A stretch of DNA of 64,000 nucleotides from Vicugna vicugna (Eukaryota), in NCBI GenBank assembly GCA_013265495.1, contig MU058584.1, positions 5,462,508 through 5,526,507 on the forward strand. The letters are read 5' to 3'. A model generated the notes under the pieces. The model saw nothing but the letters and a program-made list of their open reading frames with translations. It searched no databases and was not told the origin of the DNA. Position 1 is the stretch's first letter. Each line of letters opens with the position of its first letter. This document shows positions 37,694 to 51,447 of this stretch, in pieces. The position numbers and the translations under genes were made by a program.

Positions 37694-38562
37694 TTTTTTT
37701 TTTTCCACACTCATTGTCACATTTATTTCTGTGTGATTTATCATAACATTTTGTGTATATTTCCCTGTGCTATACAGTGTAATCCTGTTTATTATATCTA
37801 GTCTACAATTTTGAAATCCCAGTCTATCCCTTCCCACCCTCTACCCCCCTGGTAACCACAAGTCTGTATTCTCTGTCCATGAGTCTATTTCTGTCCTGTA
37901 TTTATGCTTTGTTTTTGTTTGTTTGTTTGTTTTTGTTTTTTAGATTCCACATATGAGCGATCTCATATGGTATTTTTCTTTCTCTTTCTGGCTTACTTCA
38001 CTTAGAATGACATTCTCCAGGAGCATCCATGTTGCTGCAAATGGCATTATGTTGTCGGTTTTTATGGCTGAGTAGTATTCCATTGTATAAATATACCACA
38101 TCTTCTTTATCCAGTCACCTGTTGATGGACATTTAGGCTGTTTCCATGTTTTGGCTATTGTAAATAGTGCTGTTATGAACATTGGAGTGCAGGTGTCATC
38201 CTGAAGTAGATTTCCTTCTGGATACAAGCCCAGGAGTGGGATTCCTGGGTCATATGGTAAGTCTATTCCTAGTCTTTTGAGGAATCTCCACACTGTTTTC
38301 CACAGTGGCTGCACCAAACTGCATTCCCACCAGCAGTGTAGGAGGGTTCCCCTTTCTCCACAGCCTCTCCAGCATTTGTCATTTGTGGATTTTTGAATGA
38401 CGGCCATTCTGACTTGTGTGAGGTGATACCTCATCGTAGTTTTGATTTGCATTTCTCTGATAATTAGTGATACTGAGCACTTTTTCATGTGCCTATCATT
38501 TGTATGTCTTCCTTGGAGAATTGCTTGTTTAGGTCTTCTGCCCATTTTTGGATTGGGTAGTT
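37694..38562 (-). mobile_element. Young 5'-truncated L1, sense to NME7
   Basis: Poly-T at 37694-37704. ORF 37940-38545 encodes the L1 ORF2 C-terminus including the zinc knuckle [19 protein letters not shown] and [14 protein letters not shown]. Confidence 0.95.
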
Positions 38563-39967
38563 TATTTTTAATTTAAAAAAATCAATACAGATATGGAAGT
38601 CTGATACGTAAAACTCACTAGACAATATAACTCCTTGAGGTAAGGACCATGTTCATCTTAGTATTCATTGCATCTCCAGTAACACTAGCATAGTTTGTCC
38701 AGCATGTAGTAGGTGTTTAACAATTACTGTTCACGGAAGTACAAAGTCAATAAAAGAAATACCCAAAGAAACATACAATCATAACTCTCTGCTTGATGCA
38801 AGTCTGAGGGACTCTAAGGCTCTTCAGAGCACAATTTGAAAACAATAGCAAATTGGGAAGGAGTAATTAACATTAGAAAGGGAAAAAGTATTTAAAAATT
38901 GTTGGTTTAATGATCTGAGAAGAAAAGTTCATACTAACATCATGCCATATACAATTATTATTCCAAAATGAATTCAACATAAATGTAAAAAAACAGTAAT
39001 AAAGGCAATTGATTAGAAAAAGTTATAGGTGATTATTCTCCTCTCATGATAGAGGTAGCCATTTTAAACACAAAAAAAGTAGAAAAGGAGAAGAAAAGGG
39101 GAGTTCTGCTTCTGCTTTGACTGGGTAGCTCCTATTGAGATAACCTTCCCACAGATAATGACTAAAGACCCTGGGGAAAATAAAAAAAACACAAAAACAC
39201 AGCTACCAGGAGGCTGAGTGGATTCCATATTTTTTTCAGTGTTTACCCTGAGGGAAAGCCACAGTCTGCACTAAAAATTTGATTGAAAACCTACAGAATA
39301 GCAAGCCTAAAAACAGGAAGACAGAGTTTGGGCAACCATAGCCACTGGCAAATGAGTAGATACATTATCTCAGAATAAAAGAAAAGCCATGGAAGGAAGC
39401 CTGAATTCTGTGTACACACGCCACTCAAATCCCAGACAAACTGAAGCATTTATGTGTGGAGTGATTCCAAACAAGCTCAGCTACCATTAAAAGAACTGAA
39501 CTGAATTTTGAGTTGTCACTCACCAAAAAGGAGATGGAGACTGCCTGATAAATTCAACAAGTTGACTGCTTGCATTTAAAATGTCAATATACCTTTGAGG
39601 AACACGACAATTTCCAGAGTTTCTACAATATACCATTCACAATGATCAAGACACTATCCAAAACAATGTGACATAAGAGGAAACAGGAAAGTATGACCTA
39701 TTTCCATGACAAAAGAGAAACAATGGAGACCAAATGGGGATGATCCAGATGTCAGAATTCAGAAACAAAGATTTTAAGTTCCTACTATCACTATGATTAA
39801 TGAATAAAAGAAAAATATGTTCAAAATAAATGAAAAGATAGGAAACTTCAATAGAAGGTAAAAACTATTTTAAAAAATCAAATAATAAAAATAAAAAATA
39901 CAATATCTGAACTACAAAATTCATAATAGAGACTTAGCAGAATAGACAGAATTAGAAAGAATGAGTG

Positions 39968-40778
39968 CATCATTAAAAAGTCCACAAATGATAAATGCTG
40001 ATATAAATGCTGAAGAGGGTGTGGAGAAATGGTAACCCTCCTACACTGTTGGTGGGAATGTAGTTTGGTGCAGTCACGGAAAACGATATGGAGATTCCTC
40101 AAAAGACTAAACATAGACTTACCATATGATCCAGCAATCCCACTCCTGGGCATTTATCTGGAGGGAACTTTAATTTGAAAAGATATATGCACCCCAACCT
40201 TCATAGCAGCACTATTTACAATAACCAAGACATAGAAACAACTTAAACGTCCATCAACAGATGACTGGATAAAGAAGTTGTGGTATATTTATACGATGGA
40301 CTACTACTCAGCCATAAAAAATAATAAAAATGCCATTTACAGCAACATGGATGAAGCAACATGGTGGACCTGGAGATTGTCATTCTAAGCGAAGTAAGCC
40401 AGAAAGAGAAAGAAAAATATCATATAATATCACTTATATGTGGAATCTGAAAAAAAGACACAAACGTATTTACAAAACAGAAACAGATTCACAAGAAAAC
40501 AAACTTATGGTTATCAGGGTGGGAAGCAGGTGGGAAGGGATAAATTGGGAGTTTAATATTTGCAGATACTAACTACTATATATAAAATAGATAAACAGCA
40601 AGTTTATACTGTATAGCACAGGGAACTATGTTAAATATCTGGTAGTAACCTATAATGAAAAAGAATATGAAAATGAATATATGTGTGTATATGTATGACT
40701 GAACTATAATGCTGTACACCAGAAACTGACACAACATTGTAAAATGACTATACTTCAACAAAAAAAAAGAGAGAAGAA
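39968..40778 (+). mobile_element. Young 5'-truncated L1 nested in the old L1 ORF1
   Basis: ORF2 C-terminus plus 3'UTR and A-tail. Degenerate TSD aaagaatgagtg (39956-39967) / aaaaaatcagtg (40779-40790); the host L1 rejoins across it. Confidence 0.93.
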
Positions 40779-41681
40779 AAAAAATCAGTGAATCTGAAGA
40801 GAGATCAACAGAAATTATGCGACTTTAAGAGAAAAAACTTGAAAAATGAACAGAGTTGTAGAGTAAAAAGATGCCAAAACATCTAACATATAAATGGAAT
40901 CAAAAATAAGATGAAAAATATCTAGAGATATAATGGCTGAAGTTTTTTCAAGTTTTGTTAAAGGCACAAATTTAAATTCAACAGGTCAACAAATCTTAAG
41001 CAGGATTTTGTATTTTAAAGAAAGTATGCAACTAGGCATATATCATAATCTAGCTGCTGGCAATCAAAGATAAAATCCTGAAAGTGACCAGAAGGAAATG
41101 GCACACTCTATACAGGGAATAACAGTTTCAATGGCTACTGATTTCCCAGACAAATGGAGGCCAGTGAAGAACTGAACATTTTTAACGTGCTAAAGGAAAA
41201 AGAAAAACAAATTGTCAACTTTAAATTCTATGTCTAGCACAAAATTCTTCAAGAATGATAGAAAAATAAAGACATTTGAGATAAAAGAACACTAAAGGAA
41301 TTTGCTGTCAGCAAACCCATACTCCAAGAAATGCTAAAGAAAGTTATTTAAGCTGAAGGGAAATGAAACAAGATGGAAATCAGACCTGAAGAAGAAATGA
41401 CAAGTTATTTAAGTTAAAATTTAGTAAATAAGTGGTTAAGTTACACAAGACTATTTTCCACTTTAAAATATATATGCCTGATTAAAGCAAAACTTTCAAT
41501 ATTGTATTATGGGTTTTAAATGTATGTACACATAATATATATCATAAATATGGTATAAACCTGGGTAAAGGGGGTAAGTGGACCTATACTATTGAAAAGT
41601 TTCCACATTTTATGTGAAATGGTACAATGCTAATTCTAAGTAGACTGTGCAAATTAAGAATGTACATTTTAATCCTTAGAA

Positions 41682-41865
41682 AAGTGATTATCAAAGAACA
41701 GTCCCCAAACAGCATCAACACCACTTGGGAACTTAATAGAAATGCAGAGTATCAGAAACAACCCTAGACCAACTGAATCAGAAACACAGGGGTTAGAGTC
41801 CAAAAACCACTTTTTTAACAGGTCTTTCATGTGATCTGTTATACATTAAAATTTGAGAACCATAG
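41682..41865. mobile_element. MER5A hAT MITE
   Basis: cagcatcaacaccacttgggaacttaatagaaatgcaga...actgaatcagaaac...tttgagaacca. Confidence 0.85.
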
Positions 41866-42512
41866 CCCTTGAGTAACAACAAGAAGAAAAAAAGAAGAAG
41901 AAAAGGTGTATACCAGTAAGGCCAATGGCTAAATTAAAATAGGATTCTTAAAAATATTCAATTAATCCAATAGAAGAAAGGATAAGGATCATTTGGGGGG
42001 GGTGGTAATAGAAAACAAATAGTAAAACAGTAGACCTAAAATCAATTAAAAATTACATTAAATGTTAGTAAACTAAAAATTCCTATTTAAAGGCAGAGAT
42101 TTTAAATAGTATATAATTGTATCTTGTATTATTAATCTATCTATAAGAAACCAAGTTTAAATGTGAAGACACAGGTGGGTTGAAAGAAAATGGATGGAAA
42201 AAGATATACCATAAAAACAGAAGGTGTAAGAAAGCTGGAAAGTGGTTATATATTAATCTCAAAAATTATGACAAAGAATATTATATGGATAAATGTCCCA
42301 GGAGGCAATGGGAAACAGTACTTTAGACAGAGAGCTGAGAGAAAATCAATGTTCATGGCAAAAAGAGCACTAAGCAAAGGTACAGAGAGGTAAAACAGCA
42401 TGGTTCTTTTGGTGGAGGGGAAATGAGACAGAAGAGATCACAGGAGAGGTGGCAGAAGCCATTGATAGGATTTTTGGACCATATACAGATGTTTGCATTT
42501 TATCCTATAGGC

Positions 42513-43820
42513 CAGAAGTTCTCAAAACTTTTTGGTCTCATGCACCCCTTGGCTCTTAGAAATTTATTAAAGACTCTAAAAAACTTTTATGTAAATAGGT
42601 TATATCAATCAATATTTGTTATATTATAAATTAAAACAGTAATTTTTAAAATATTTATTAATTTAAATATAACAGCAATTCATTACACATTATTTATGAT
42701 TTTTATGAGAAAAATTACTGCATTTTCCAAAACAATAAAAAAATTGAGAAGAGAGGTACTATTTTACGTTTCAAAGATCTCTTTACTGTCTAACTTAATG
42801 GAAAGCAGCTGCATTATAACATCTGCTTCAACTTTCAATCTGTTGCTATGTGTTGTCTGCTTAAAGTATATTTAGTTGGAAAATGGTGTAGTATTTTAAT
42901 AGCCTTTAATATAATTGTATATATTCTTCTTTACTTGACAAGTGGTAGTTTCTTAAAAGAAACTGCAACATATAATTTCAAACTTCTACCAATGAACTTT
43001 TTTCACCCTGTTACACTAAAATTCACTGGTCTATTTTGTATTTTGTACAAATCTTTCAGCCGTGCATGAGTTTGTAACATCATACACATTGATCATTTGG
43101 AAAATATGCTCACTGACTACACAGACCCTCCAAATGCTGACTGTTTATTACACCACATCAAGAAAGTTCCTTTTGTTAAATACCACCAATTTCATCAGAA
43201 TAGCCTTTAAGCATTAGGAAGTTGTTAAGCTCAAGGTGGAGAATACAGTTCCCCAAGTTCCTAATTCTAATTTGTATTTGTAATTTTATCTTCTTTTGGA
43301 TTTTTATCTTTGGCAACAACTACTGTCAGTTGTCATTTCTTTTAAACACACACCTATTTTAAAGAAATTGCCAAATACTCGTATCTGAATGATCACAGTT
43401 TGTCAGTCATACTTCTTTCATTCTTTCAAGTAGAACGACTATATATGTGCTTTTCCTAAAGACAGTATTTTATTTCAGTATGGATCAAAAGTGCTTTATG
43501 TATATTTTCCATTTTTTCACACAGAATATTAAACATTTTGACTTTGGGGTCAAAAATCAATAGAATTAATAATTTTTATCATTTAATCAAGGACACTCAA
43601 GCGAAAGTGGCTTTTTTTATTTTTCTGCAAGTGCAAGGTGGTTAAAAATACATGAACTACTAGTACAATTGCTGCTACTATCCTGATTTGTGCTAAGGCA
43701 TCAGCAGTTTTACCAACCATTGCTTCTGCATGATCAGTCCAAATGTTGACACATTTTACAAGGCAAATAAATTCAGTATTACTATGTGATTTGATCTCAA
43801 GGATACCTAAAAAGGGCTTA
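42513..43820. mobile_element. Charlie1a-like hAT transposon fossil
   Basis: cagaagttctcaaaactttttggtctcatgcacccctt...; about 1.3 kb of Charlie1-like internal sequence (aatagcctttaagcattaggaag; ctgatttgtgctaaggcatcagcagttttacc). The far TIR is missing. Confidence 0.85.
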
Positions 43821-44634
43821 TAATAAAAGATAATGTTTTACATGATTACATAAGAATCCTGATCTAAATATGAAAGTAGTATTAAGCCCTATGCATTAAC
43901 AAATCTGCAAGGAGAAATCTACAATCTATATCCATTATAAATCTATAATCACATTAAACTATGTCCTGTGGAATGTACCACTTGAACAGAGTAATTCTAT
44001 TCACAGATTGAAACAATAAAAGTTATAGTCCAAGTAACACTGGCATTGTGCCAAGAACAGTGAGCTATGAGTCAAGGATACTGCTTTTTTTTATTATTAT
44101 TATTATTTTTTATTCAGTTGGTTATGCGTAGAGGCAGGAAAGAGGCACTTAAGAAACGTGTTCTGTGTTTAACAGTTTGAAACAACAAACTGTCAATGAC
44201 CGTATGTCCTTTACTTTGTTCTAGATAGAAAATGTTTAGGTGACTGAACAATGGACAATAACTATGTAAATGAAGTAGCAAGATAAATAAATAAAAAGTA
44301 AAACTGCATACCCCATAGCAAACCTGTTCAAAGGGGTCAGACGAAGCAGATGGCTTATTTTATTTGGCTGGTGTTTGCATAGCTAATTTTTTTTTTAATA
44401 GTTTGTTTATAACTCATGAATGCTACCTCTTAAAATGTTTTGAATGTCAAATCACCTCTCCATCTCCACTCCTGGTGCCTCAGTTCATATCCTGGTACCT
44501 TCCACTTGGATTGCTTTAAAGCCTTTTTAATAAGTGGATCTCCTGTATCTAATCATGAATATCAGACTTTGTCTTTCTAAAAACTCCTGCTGCGCCTGGG
44601 AATAGGAGCTCCCAGTCCTCTTGTAGGAAAAGTA

Positions 44635-44930
44635 AACCATTTGACTGGAAAGGGAGTTGCCACCTTCCTATGTGACCCTATAATCATGGGCCTCTGTCAG
44701 GAGTCAAAAGGTGGGCACCAGACCTAAATGAGGTCAATCAAAGCACTCTGCTCCCTAGACCAGACCAACTCACCCAGAAATGGGCCTACAATTGGCACAA
44801 ACCAATCTGAGTCCTTCTCTGGAATTTTTTGTAGCTAGAACCAGGGAAAAGCACTCTTTCCACTGTGTTACACGTTACAGTAACCTGTACACTAGAAAGC
44901 AAGCTTGCGGTCAAAGAACCCACTCTTATA
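44635..44930 (+). mobile_element. Possible ancient LTR fragment (MaLR/ERVL-like)
   Basis: ggtgggcaccagacctaa...gtcaatcaaagcact...accaatctgagtccttctctggaattttt. Confidence 0.4.
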
Positions 44931-47131
44931 CTATGGAAAAATTTGAAAAAAAAAAAAACAAAACACTTTTACTATGAATGTTAAACTTACTCCTTGCAAT
45001 AACAACATATAAACAGATGAAAACAAAATCTTATTCACAGAAATGAGACCCCATGAAAAGGACACTTTGGTGAATGAAACAACTTACAAAACTCAGCTTG
45101 AAAGAAGCAGCCAGGCAGTTGTACAAGACAATGTACTACACACGATACTCCGCAACACTGATATTAAGTACGGGTGGTGAGAAATATGGAGGGTGGAAAA
45201 ATGTCAAAAAAGAAATCTTGCACTTGGGTAAGAAACTGAAAGAAAATTTTTAATCTTGATATAGCCAAGAATACATGAACTAATAAAATTAATAAACAGA
45301 TATGTTTAATATTAATAACCAATTTAAATCAAATTGGAGAAACTTAAGTTATACTAAAATTAAATCTAACGAAATAAAAGTAAAGGATATTTTAGATAAA
45401 AAATGGGGCTAGTGCGTCCTTAAAATGTGATTAGTGTAAAAGCTAGAGCTTATTAGAGTTCAAATTAATTTTCAATGCTAAAATAACATAAGAAATCACA
45501 AGCATTACTGAATTCACTAGAAGGAATTTAATACTAATCCTAGCAAATATGCATAACAAATAAACTTGGGCATAAAAACCAGGTGGAAAAGCTTTCTGTT
45601 TCCTAGACAGCAGTATGTTGCTAGTCAATACCACTTCACTGGGAATCTTACAGTAATTTTCAGCCAGATAAAAAGATCAACTCACAAATCAGTATGGCTT
45701 CAAAGGTCTGTTTATGACTTTATGCCAGCTAGTAAGCAAAAATATTGTAGAATCACATTAAATCAATTGCAGATGAGAGTTTGGATTCAACAAAATTGTT
45801 AAGCTGAGAACTAGTAAGGCACTTAAGTCTTAAAGGATCTCAAATTAATCCATTAGCTGACCATAAAATTTATTCTAGTAGCAAGTAGGCTTATAAAAAT
45901 ATAGACTTAATTCATCTAACAGCTTTTCTGATTCTCACTTACACTGCACACCCAGATCTAAAAATATACATATTTTCCTTACCAATGTCTAACAACTATA
46001 ATCTGTAATTCCTTACAAGGCAATTCAAAGAGTAACCAATATCACTCTATAGATGTACCCACAATATCGTAACTCAGTATATTAAAATTCACCATAATGT
46101 AACTGAGTAGAAAACAGTAAAGGCAGGCTCCCCACCAATGCAGGAACAACAGAGAAGACACACAGGACCTAAAATCTCCAGGAAGAGGCAATCAAGAGCC
46201 CCTGACTGGGAAGACAAGGATGGGCTCAGCATAGCAAAGGAAGCCAAGAGCAGCTAGCATAGTTGAAAGAAGATCTCAATTTTAAAACAAGGGTCATCCA
46301 AGTAAAACAAAGTAGGGCACTAGGTTGCCAGGGCAGAAACTGAAAGTTCTGTACTCTTAGGCAAATAGGACATCAGAAGTCCAAAGTCAATGCCAGGTTA
46401 CTACAGAAAACAAGTCAGTCATACAATCACAAATCAATGCTAAGTTTTACATCACAGGACACTGCCAGCTTCTAGGTAGGGGGAGAGCCTTCCTAATCTT
46501 AAAAGAGGCCAGTCCCTCTTGTGAAAGGGAGAGTAAGCGCAAGTCCCATGAGAAGTAGACTTCATGTTTCTCGGAGATTTTCATGAATATAATTAAACAA
46601 ATGCTATACATGTTATAACTCATCAACAGAAATTTGTTCACTTTATAGGCAAGGACAATGAAAAAGACTGAAAAAGTAATTCAAAACCATTAACTCTAAC
46701 ATGAACAAAACAAAGTAAACACATCTTTTCCCTTTCTTAAAATGAGTCTGTTGTTTGTATTTTTTAAAAAAAAAAAAGACATATGAAGAAAAGGATTCTC
46801 AAACCTAGTCTTTTGACAATTTCTAAAAATAGGAACATTTATTTTCTTTATTCCAGCTATCCAAAATCACAGTTAAGGAGATCACAAATTTAGGCATCTT
46901 ACTAGAAGAACGTTGTTTCTTCTGTTGATGGCTCTCTGATTTCCCCAGCTGGCAAGACCTCCATTGCCATTCACAGGCTTAAAAATAGGCGTAATGCTGC
47001 AACACGGCCACAAATTATTTAACTCATAGCTTCTTGTCTGTTGGAAGCACATTCTATATGCACTGGGTATAGGCCTCCATTTCTGTTCTATTTTCCAGCA
47101 TAGTCCTTATGTAGGGGGCAGCTTTGCTGTG

Positions 47132-47300
47132 TAGCAGTTCTCAAAATGTGGTCCCTGTGTAAACAGCATTAGCGTGACCTGGGAACTTATCAGAAATACA
47201 GATGTACTCAGTCAGAGACTCTGAAGGTACAGACCAGGAGTCTGTATTTTAATAATCCGAATATGGTAATCCAGATGCACACTAAAGATTGAGCACCATG
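47132..47300. mobile_element. MER5A hAT MITE
   Basis: gcagttctcaaaatgtggtccc...cagcattagcgtgacctgggaacttatcagaaatacaga...gatgcacactaaagattgagcacca. Confidence 0.85.
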
Positions 47301-47524
47301 ACTGGGAGCAAGACCTCTGAGGACAACAGAACATCACAATAACCACTCTCCTGGCCATGAAAAAGGGTAATGTGGTCTGAAAAGTCTATGCTTTTAATTT
47401 TCAGTCCAATTCTTCCTTAATCCCACTACTCCAAACCTACATCATCTTAAAAAGGAAGTCATAAAGGTGTTACATTCTTAAGTTACGAATTTTTGGTCTT
47501 AACTTCCCTACCTGCTATCATTTA

Positions 47525-48250
47525 ATTTTTAAGAGCATCCCTCATTGGGAAACACACAAAATGGAAATAAAAGGGTATATGGTGAAAGTAAATCTCCCTC
47601 CCATCCCAGAATCTCAGTCTTTCTTCTTAGAGGCTATCACTGCTACTAATTTCTTATATATTCTTCTAGAAATATTCAACTTACGTACAAATATACAGAT
47701 AAGGCCTTTTCGTTTTTAATGAAATAAAAACATACTGTATCATCTATCCTATGGCTTGCCCAATTTCTATGTATTTACTGTAAAATATAAAAAGTATATG
47801 TTTTATGGTAAAATATGTAACAGATATGCTCAGTTTAATAAATAATTTTAAAGCCAACATCTATGGTAACCACCACTCAGGTCAAAAAAAAAAAAAAATC
47901 AGAACATTGCCAGGATCCCAGAAGCCCTCTGTATGTGCCTCTCCAATCATCATCCTCTCTTGTCTCAGGAACTACCTGACTTTGGAATAACCTTTTCCAT
48001 GCACTTCTTTTTTCTTTACTACTTACGTATGCAATTCTCAAAAAACATAGTTGATCTTTGACTATATTTGAATTTCATAAGAATAGAATCATATGGCTTA
48101 TAGCCTAACTAGCCTTTATGTCTCACATGAATAGAACTTCAAATGAACAGAATCGTATAACTCATAGTCTTACATAGCCTTTATGTCCTATTTTGTTCAA
48201 CTTCATGATTGCAAAATTCATCCATGTTGTTGTGCTTGGCTGTCTGACAG
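47525..48250 (-). mobile_element. Old L1M 3'UTR fragments
   Basis: ggtaaccaccactcaggtcaa...agaacattgccaggatcccagaagccctc...aaattcatccatgttgttg. Confidence 0.65.
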
Positions 48251-50782
48251 AGAAAGAAGAACGTGCCACATTGTAAACAGAATCTCTGAAGGGTATTTTT
48301 AAAATAAACATTTTTTCTGCACTCCTATATTTTCTATAATGTGTATTACTTCTGTTAATAGAAGAGGAATTCCAATAAGAGCTACCAAGACAAATTCCTG
48401 GCTAAAACTCAGCATTACCCACATCTGTACCTTTCTGGTGTCTATTCCTTAAAAGGAGCATTCTAGTAATTTCAATGCCTAAAGAACACAGTTCCTAAAG
48501 AAAACATTCAACTTTATTTAATTATGTATCATTGTAAGATCTTTTTCTTAGAGTGATGACTTTTCCTAAAGATCTCAGGTTGGTTTTATATATATTACCC
48601 AATTGTTACACTATACTTCTTAAGAATCTGCGTCATGTATTTTGAATCACATTAACTAACAGCAATCTGATTAAATGAAAGCATTATCATACAAAGCCAA
48701 ACACCATAAAGCTCATACTGAAAATTTCATCTTCTGACTCAGCCTACCGCTTAAGCAAGATTTGGCTTAAAGTTTGCCTGCCCTCAAATCCAGGATACTC
48801 TAAAGAATAAAAATAAAGAGTAGAGAATTGAGACATATATCTATATGAAAACTTTCAAGATTCATTTCAAGCACACCCGAGACATCTGAGCTCTCTCTGA
48901 TTTGCTTAAATTAAAATCCTTAAGATTGTCCTAAGGAGACACTGCAAACTATCCCTTTGATAACTAAGCTATTCTGTAACAACCTCCATGAAAACTGGTG
49001 TGGAGAAATAACTGGAATGTGTGACTCACTCCCTACTTGGCATACACACAAGCCACCGTAAGACAAAACAAAGATTTAGTTGATGTAAGCTGGTGTAAGC
49101 AAGAGCTTGGAACCACAGGCTTTCCAGAGTAGGAAAGGTGTGAATATGCAGAATAGCAGGGTACCATTTACTAAACCACTCAGAAAGCAATTACAGCGAT
49201 CATGTCCCTTCAGCATCTTTCATAAGTATCAACTCCTCCCATTTTTTAACATGTCATTTGGAAACCCAAGCTTTCCAGAGACCCTTATAAGGTATTACCT
49301 TTTCTTTAGATGTGTGCGCCCTTTTCTTCTTCATAAGAATCAACTGTAATTATATTGTCAGAATTTCAGCATTTATAATCTGTCATGTAACGTGAATCAT
49401 CTTTTAAAGTCTTCAACATGAGATTATGCTACTTTGGCTTTTCATTTTTAAAACATTCCTTGATAAAGTAGCATGACGGAGCCTCCAGTTCCACAGGGAT
49501 CGGCCCAGCTCCTGGGTTGGAGGAAAGAAGCAGCCCAAAGAGCAGGACCACGGCTGAGGCAGAAGAAGCTCCTGCCTTCCTCCTGTCACTGTGCAGTTAC
49601 ACAGGCACTGCTGCAGAGGAGGCGCTGGAAAGGAAAACCAGTATCAGAGGCTCCCGCAAGGCAGAGGAATGGGAACAAACCATCTTTAGAAACTTCGAGG
49701 TAATATTTTCAAGTCTAGATCATTTCTAGCTATGCTCAGCATTAGTTATCATGAGATCTAAAATTACATGATCCTTTAACATATATGTGCATGAAAAAAG
49801 GCAAAGAGAGTGGTATTTTGTCATCAAAGTTCTGCAAAAAAATCTTGCTCCTGCTCCTCCTTGAAGTCTCTGTGCCTGTCTAGAATCTAACAGGTCAACA
49901 GATCAATATCTCAAAGGCATATGTGTCAACGTGCTTCAATAACATTTTTCCCTGAATAGTGACTGCTGAATCAGTGTATTAAAAAGTGAAAAAAAGGAAT
50001 GGGAAGATGAAGTTTCCAACTTATTTTCAAATGAAATAATCCTCCTGCCGGTAAATATCATCCCTTAAATAATATACATATAGGATATCCCACAGGGCTT
50101 AATATAGGTTTTAGTAACCTAGAAGTATAAATGCTGCAAAGGTATAATAAAATACAATTTGAATTTTAATTAAATATTTATTTTTAAAATATTTACCAAA
50201 ACATAAACTTAAATATTCAAAATACAAAAAATGGACTAAATACAAAAGAAACCTGATTTTATAAATGATACTAAGTTTCTAGCATTTATACTTCTAAAGT
50301 TATGAAAGCCTAAAACTACACTAAGAATTTTGAAAGACTCATCTTAGAAGTCACTTTCCTTAATGTTACACTTCTAGTGCTCTTCCAATGAACCTGGGTT
50401 TCACTCCAATCGCACTAGAGAGAAATGTCAATCTAAGGACCACCTTGCCCCAGATCTAAGTTTTCTCTTATTTTTATTAAACAATTGCTGTAAAGAAGTA
50501 AACAGGTATTAGGCAACTTTGGTACAGCAGAGTGCCCTGGATACCCAAATTTTCCATCACTCTGACAAATTCTCTCCAATCTAAAATCTAATCTGTAGAG
50601 CTATATGAACAACTGAAACCTGAAAAGTGACTCTTCCCTAGTCTCCCCCCTGGTTGCTATTAACCTGCCACAGAACAAGCTAGGAATCTTCCACTTGGCA
50701 TAAAATTTCTTAAGGCTAGCCTCTGACAAAGGTAGGTCAACAGAGAAAATGCAGGGTGCTCCCTGCCCTCAGAATTCCTGAT

Positions 50783-50961
50783 GAATGTTTCTCAAAATGG
50801 ACAGCAGGTGTTCATCAGGACAACGTGGGGAGGTTTAAAGGCTTATTTCCGGGCTCTAGTCCAGACTTAACTGAGAAAAGTTCTGAAGTTAGGGCCCTGA
50901 AATAAGCATTTTAAAAATCTCCTCAGTGGTTCTGATGCATGCTAAAGTTTGAGAAGCACTG
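50783..50961. mobile_element. MER5-type hAT MITE
   Basis: gtttctcaaaatgg...gcattttaaaaatctcctcagtggttctgatgcatgctaaagtttgagaagcactg. Confidence 0.8.
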
Positions 50962-51049
50962 TCTAGCCTACCAATGGCACAACAACACTGGTTCAGGATT
51001 GAGTACCTCATTCCAACCATGTTAAGGTCTTAAGACGCTTTATATCACT

Positions 51050-51447
51050 TGAGGGAGACTGCTACATTGGTGGCCCCCAGTCAACCAAAATTCCTGCTAA
51101 TCATGCCTTTGTGTAATTCCTTCTCATATCGACTCTCATACTGACTTGGCCATGTGATCTGCATTAGTCACTGGGACATTAAGGTACATTGGAAGCCTGC
51201 AACCATGCCATAAAGAAGCTTAGGACAGACTACTGAATGATGAGAACTCGTATGGGAAGAGTCTGAAGGATGAGAAGCAATCTTGTACATCCAGCTCCAG
51301 CACAGCTCCCAGCTGAATTAAGCCACCCACGTGACCTCAGGCGTACCACAGAAGAATCACCAACTGAGCCCAGGTAACCCACAGAATTGTGAGAAATAAA
51401 CCGTTTTTAAGAAACTAAGTTTGGGGAAGCCGCAGGTAACTACAACA
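51050..51447 (+). mobile_element. MLT1-type MaLR solo LTR
   Basis: TG...ACA ends; tcatgcctttgtgtaattccttctc, ttggccatgtga, ctcccagctgaa, actgagcccag...cccacagaattgtgagaaataaa. Confidence 0.85.

Larger units (their letters stand above)
39100..42290 (+). mobile_element. Old L1M 5'UTR, ORF1 and ORF2-start remnant with nested insertions
   Basis: ORF1-like motifs (aatcagtgaatctgaagagagatcaacagaaatta; aattctatgtctagc; aataaagacattt) and the ORF2 start (aattacattaaatgttagtaaactaaa; aaaggcagagatt). Confidence 0.75.

Noticed and set aside
37940..38545. 201-aa ORF, the longest in the window
   Set aside because: It is the C-terminal fragment of L1 ORF2 in a 5'-truncated copy with no promoter or RT domain, not a host gene.
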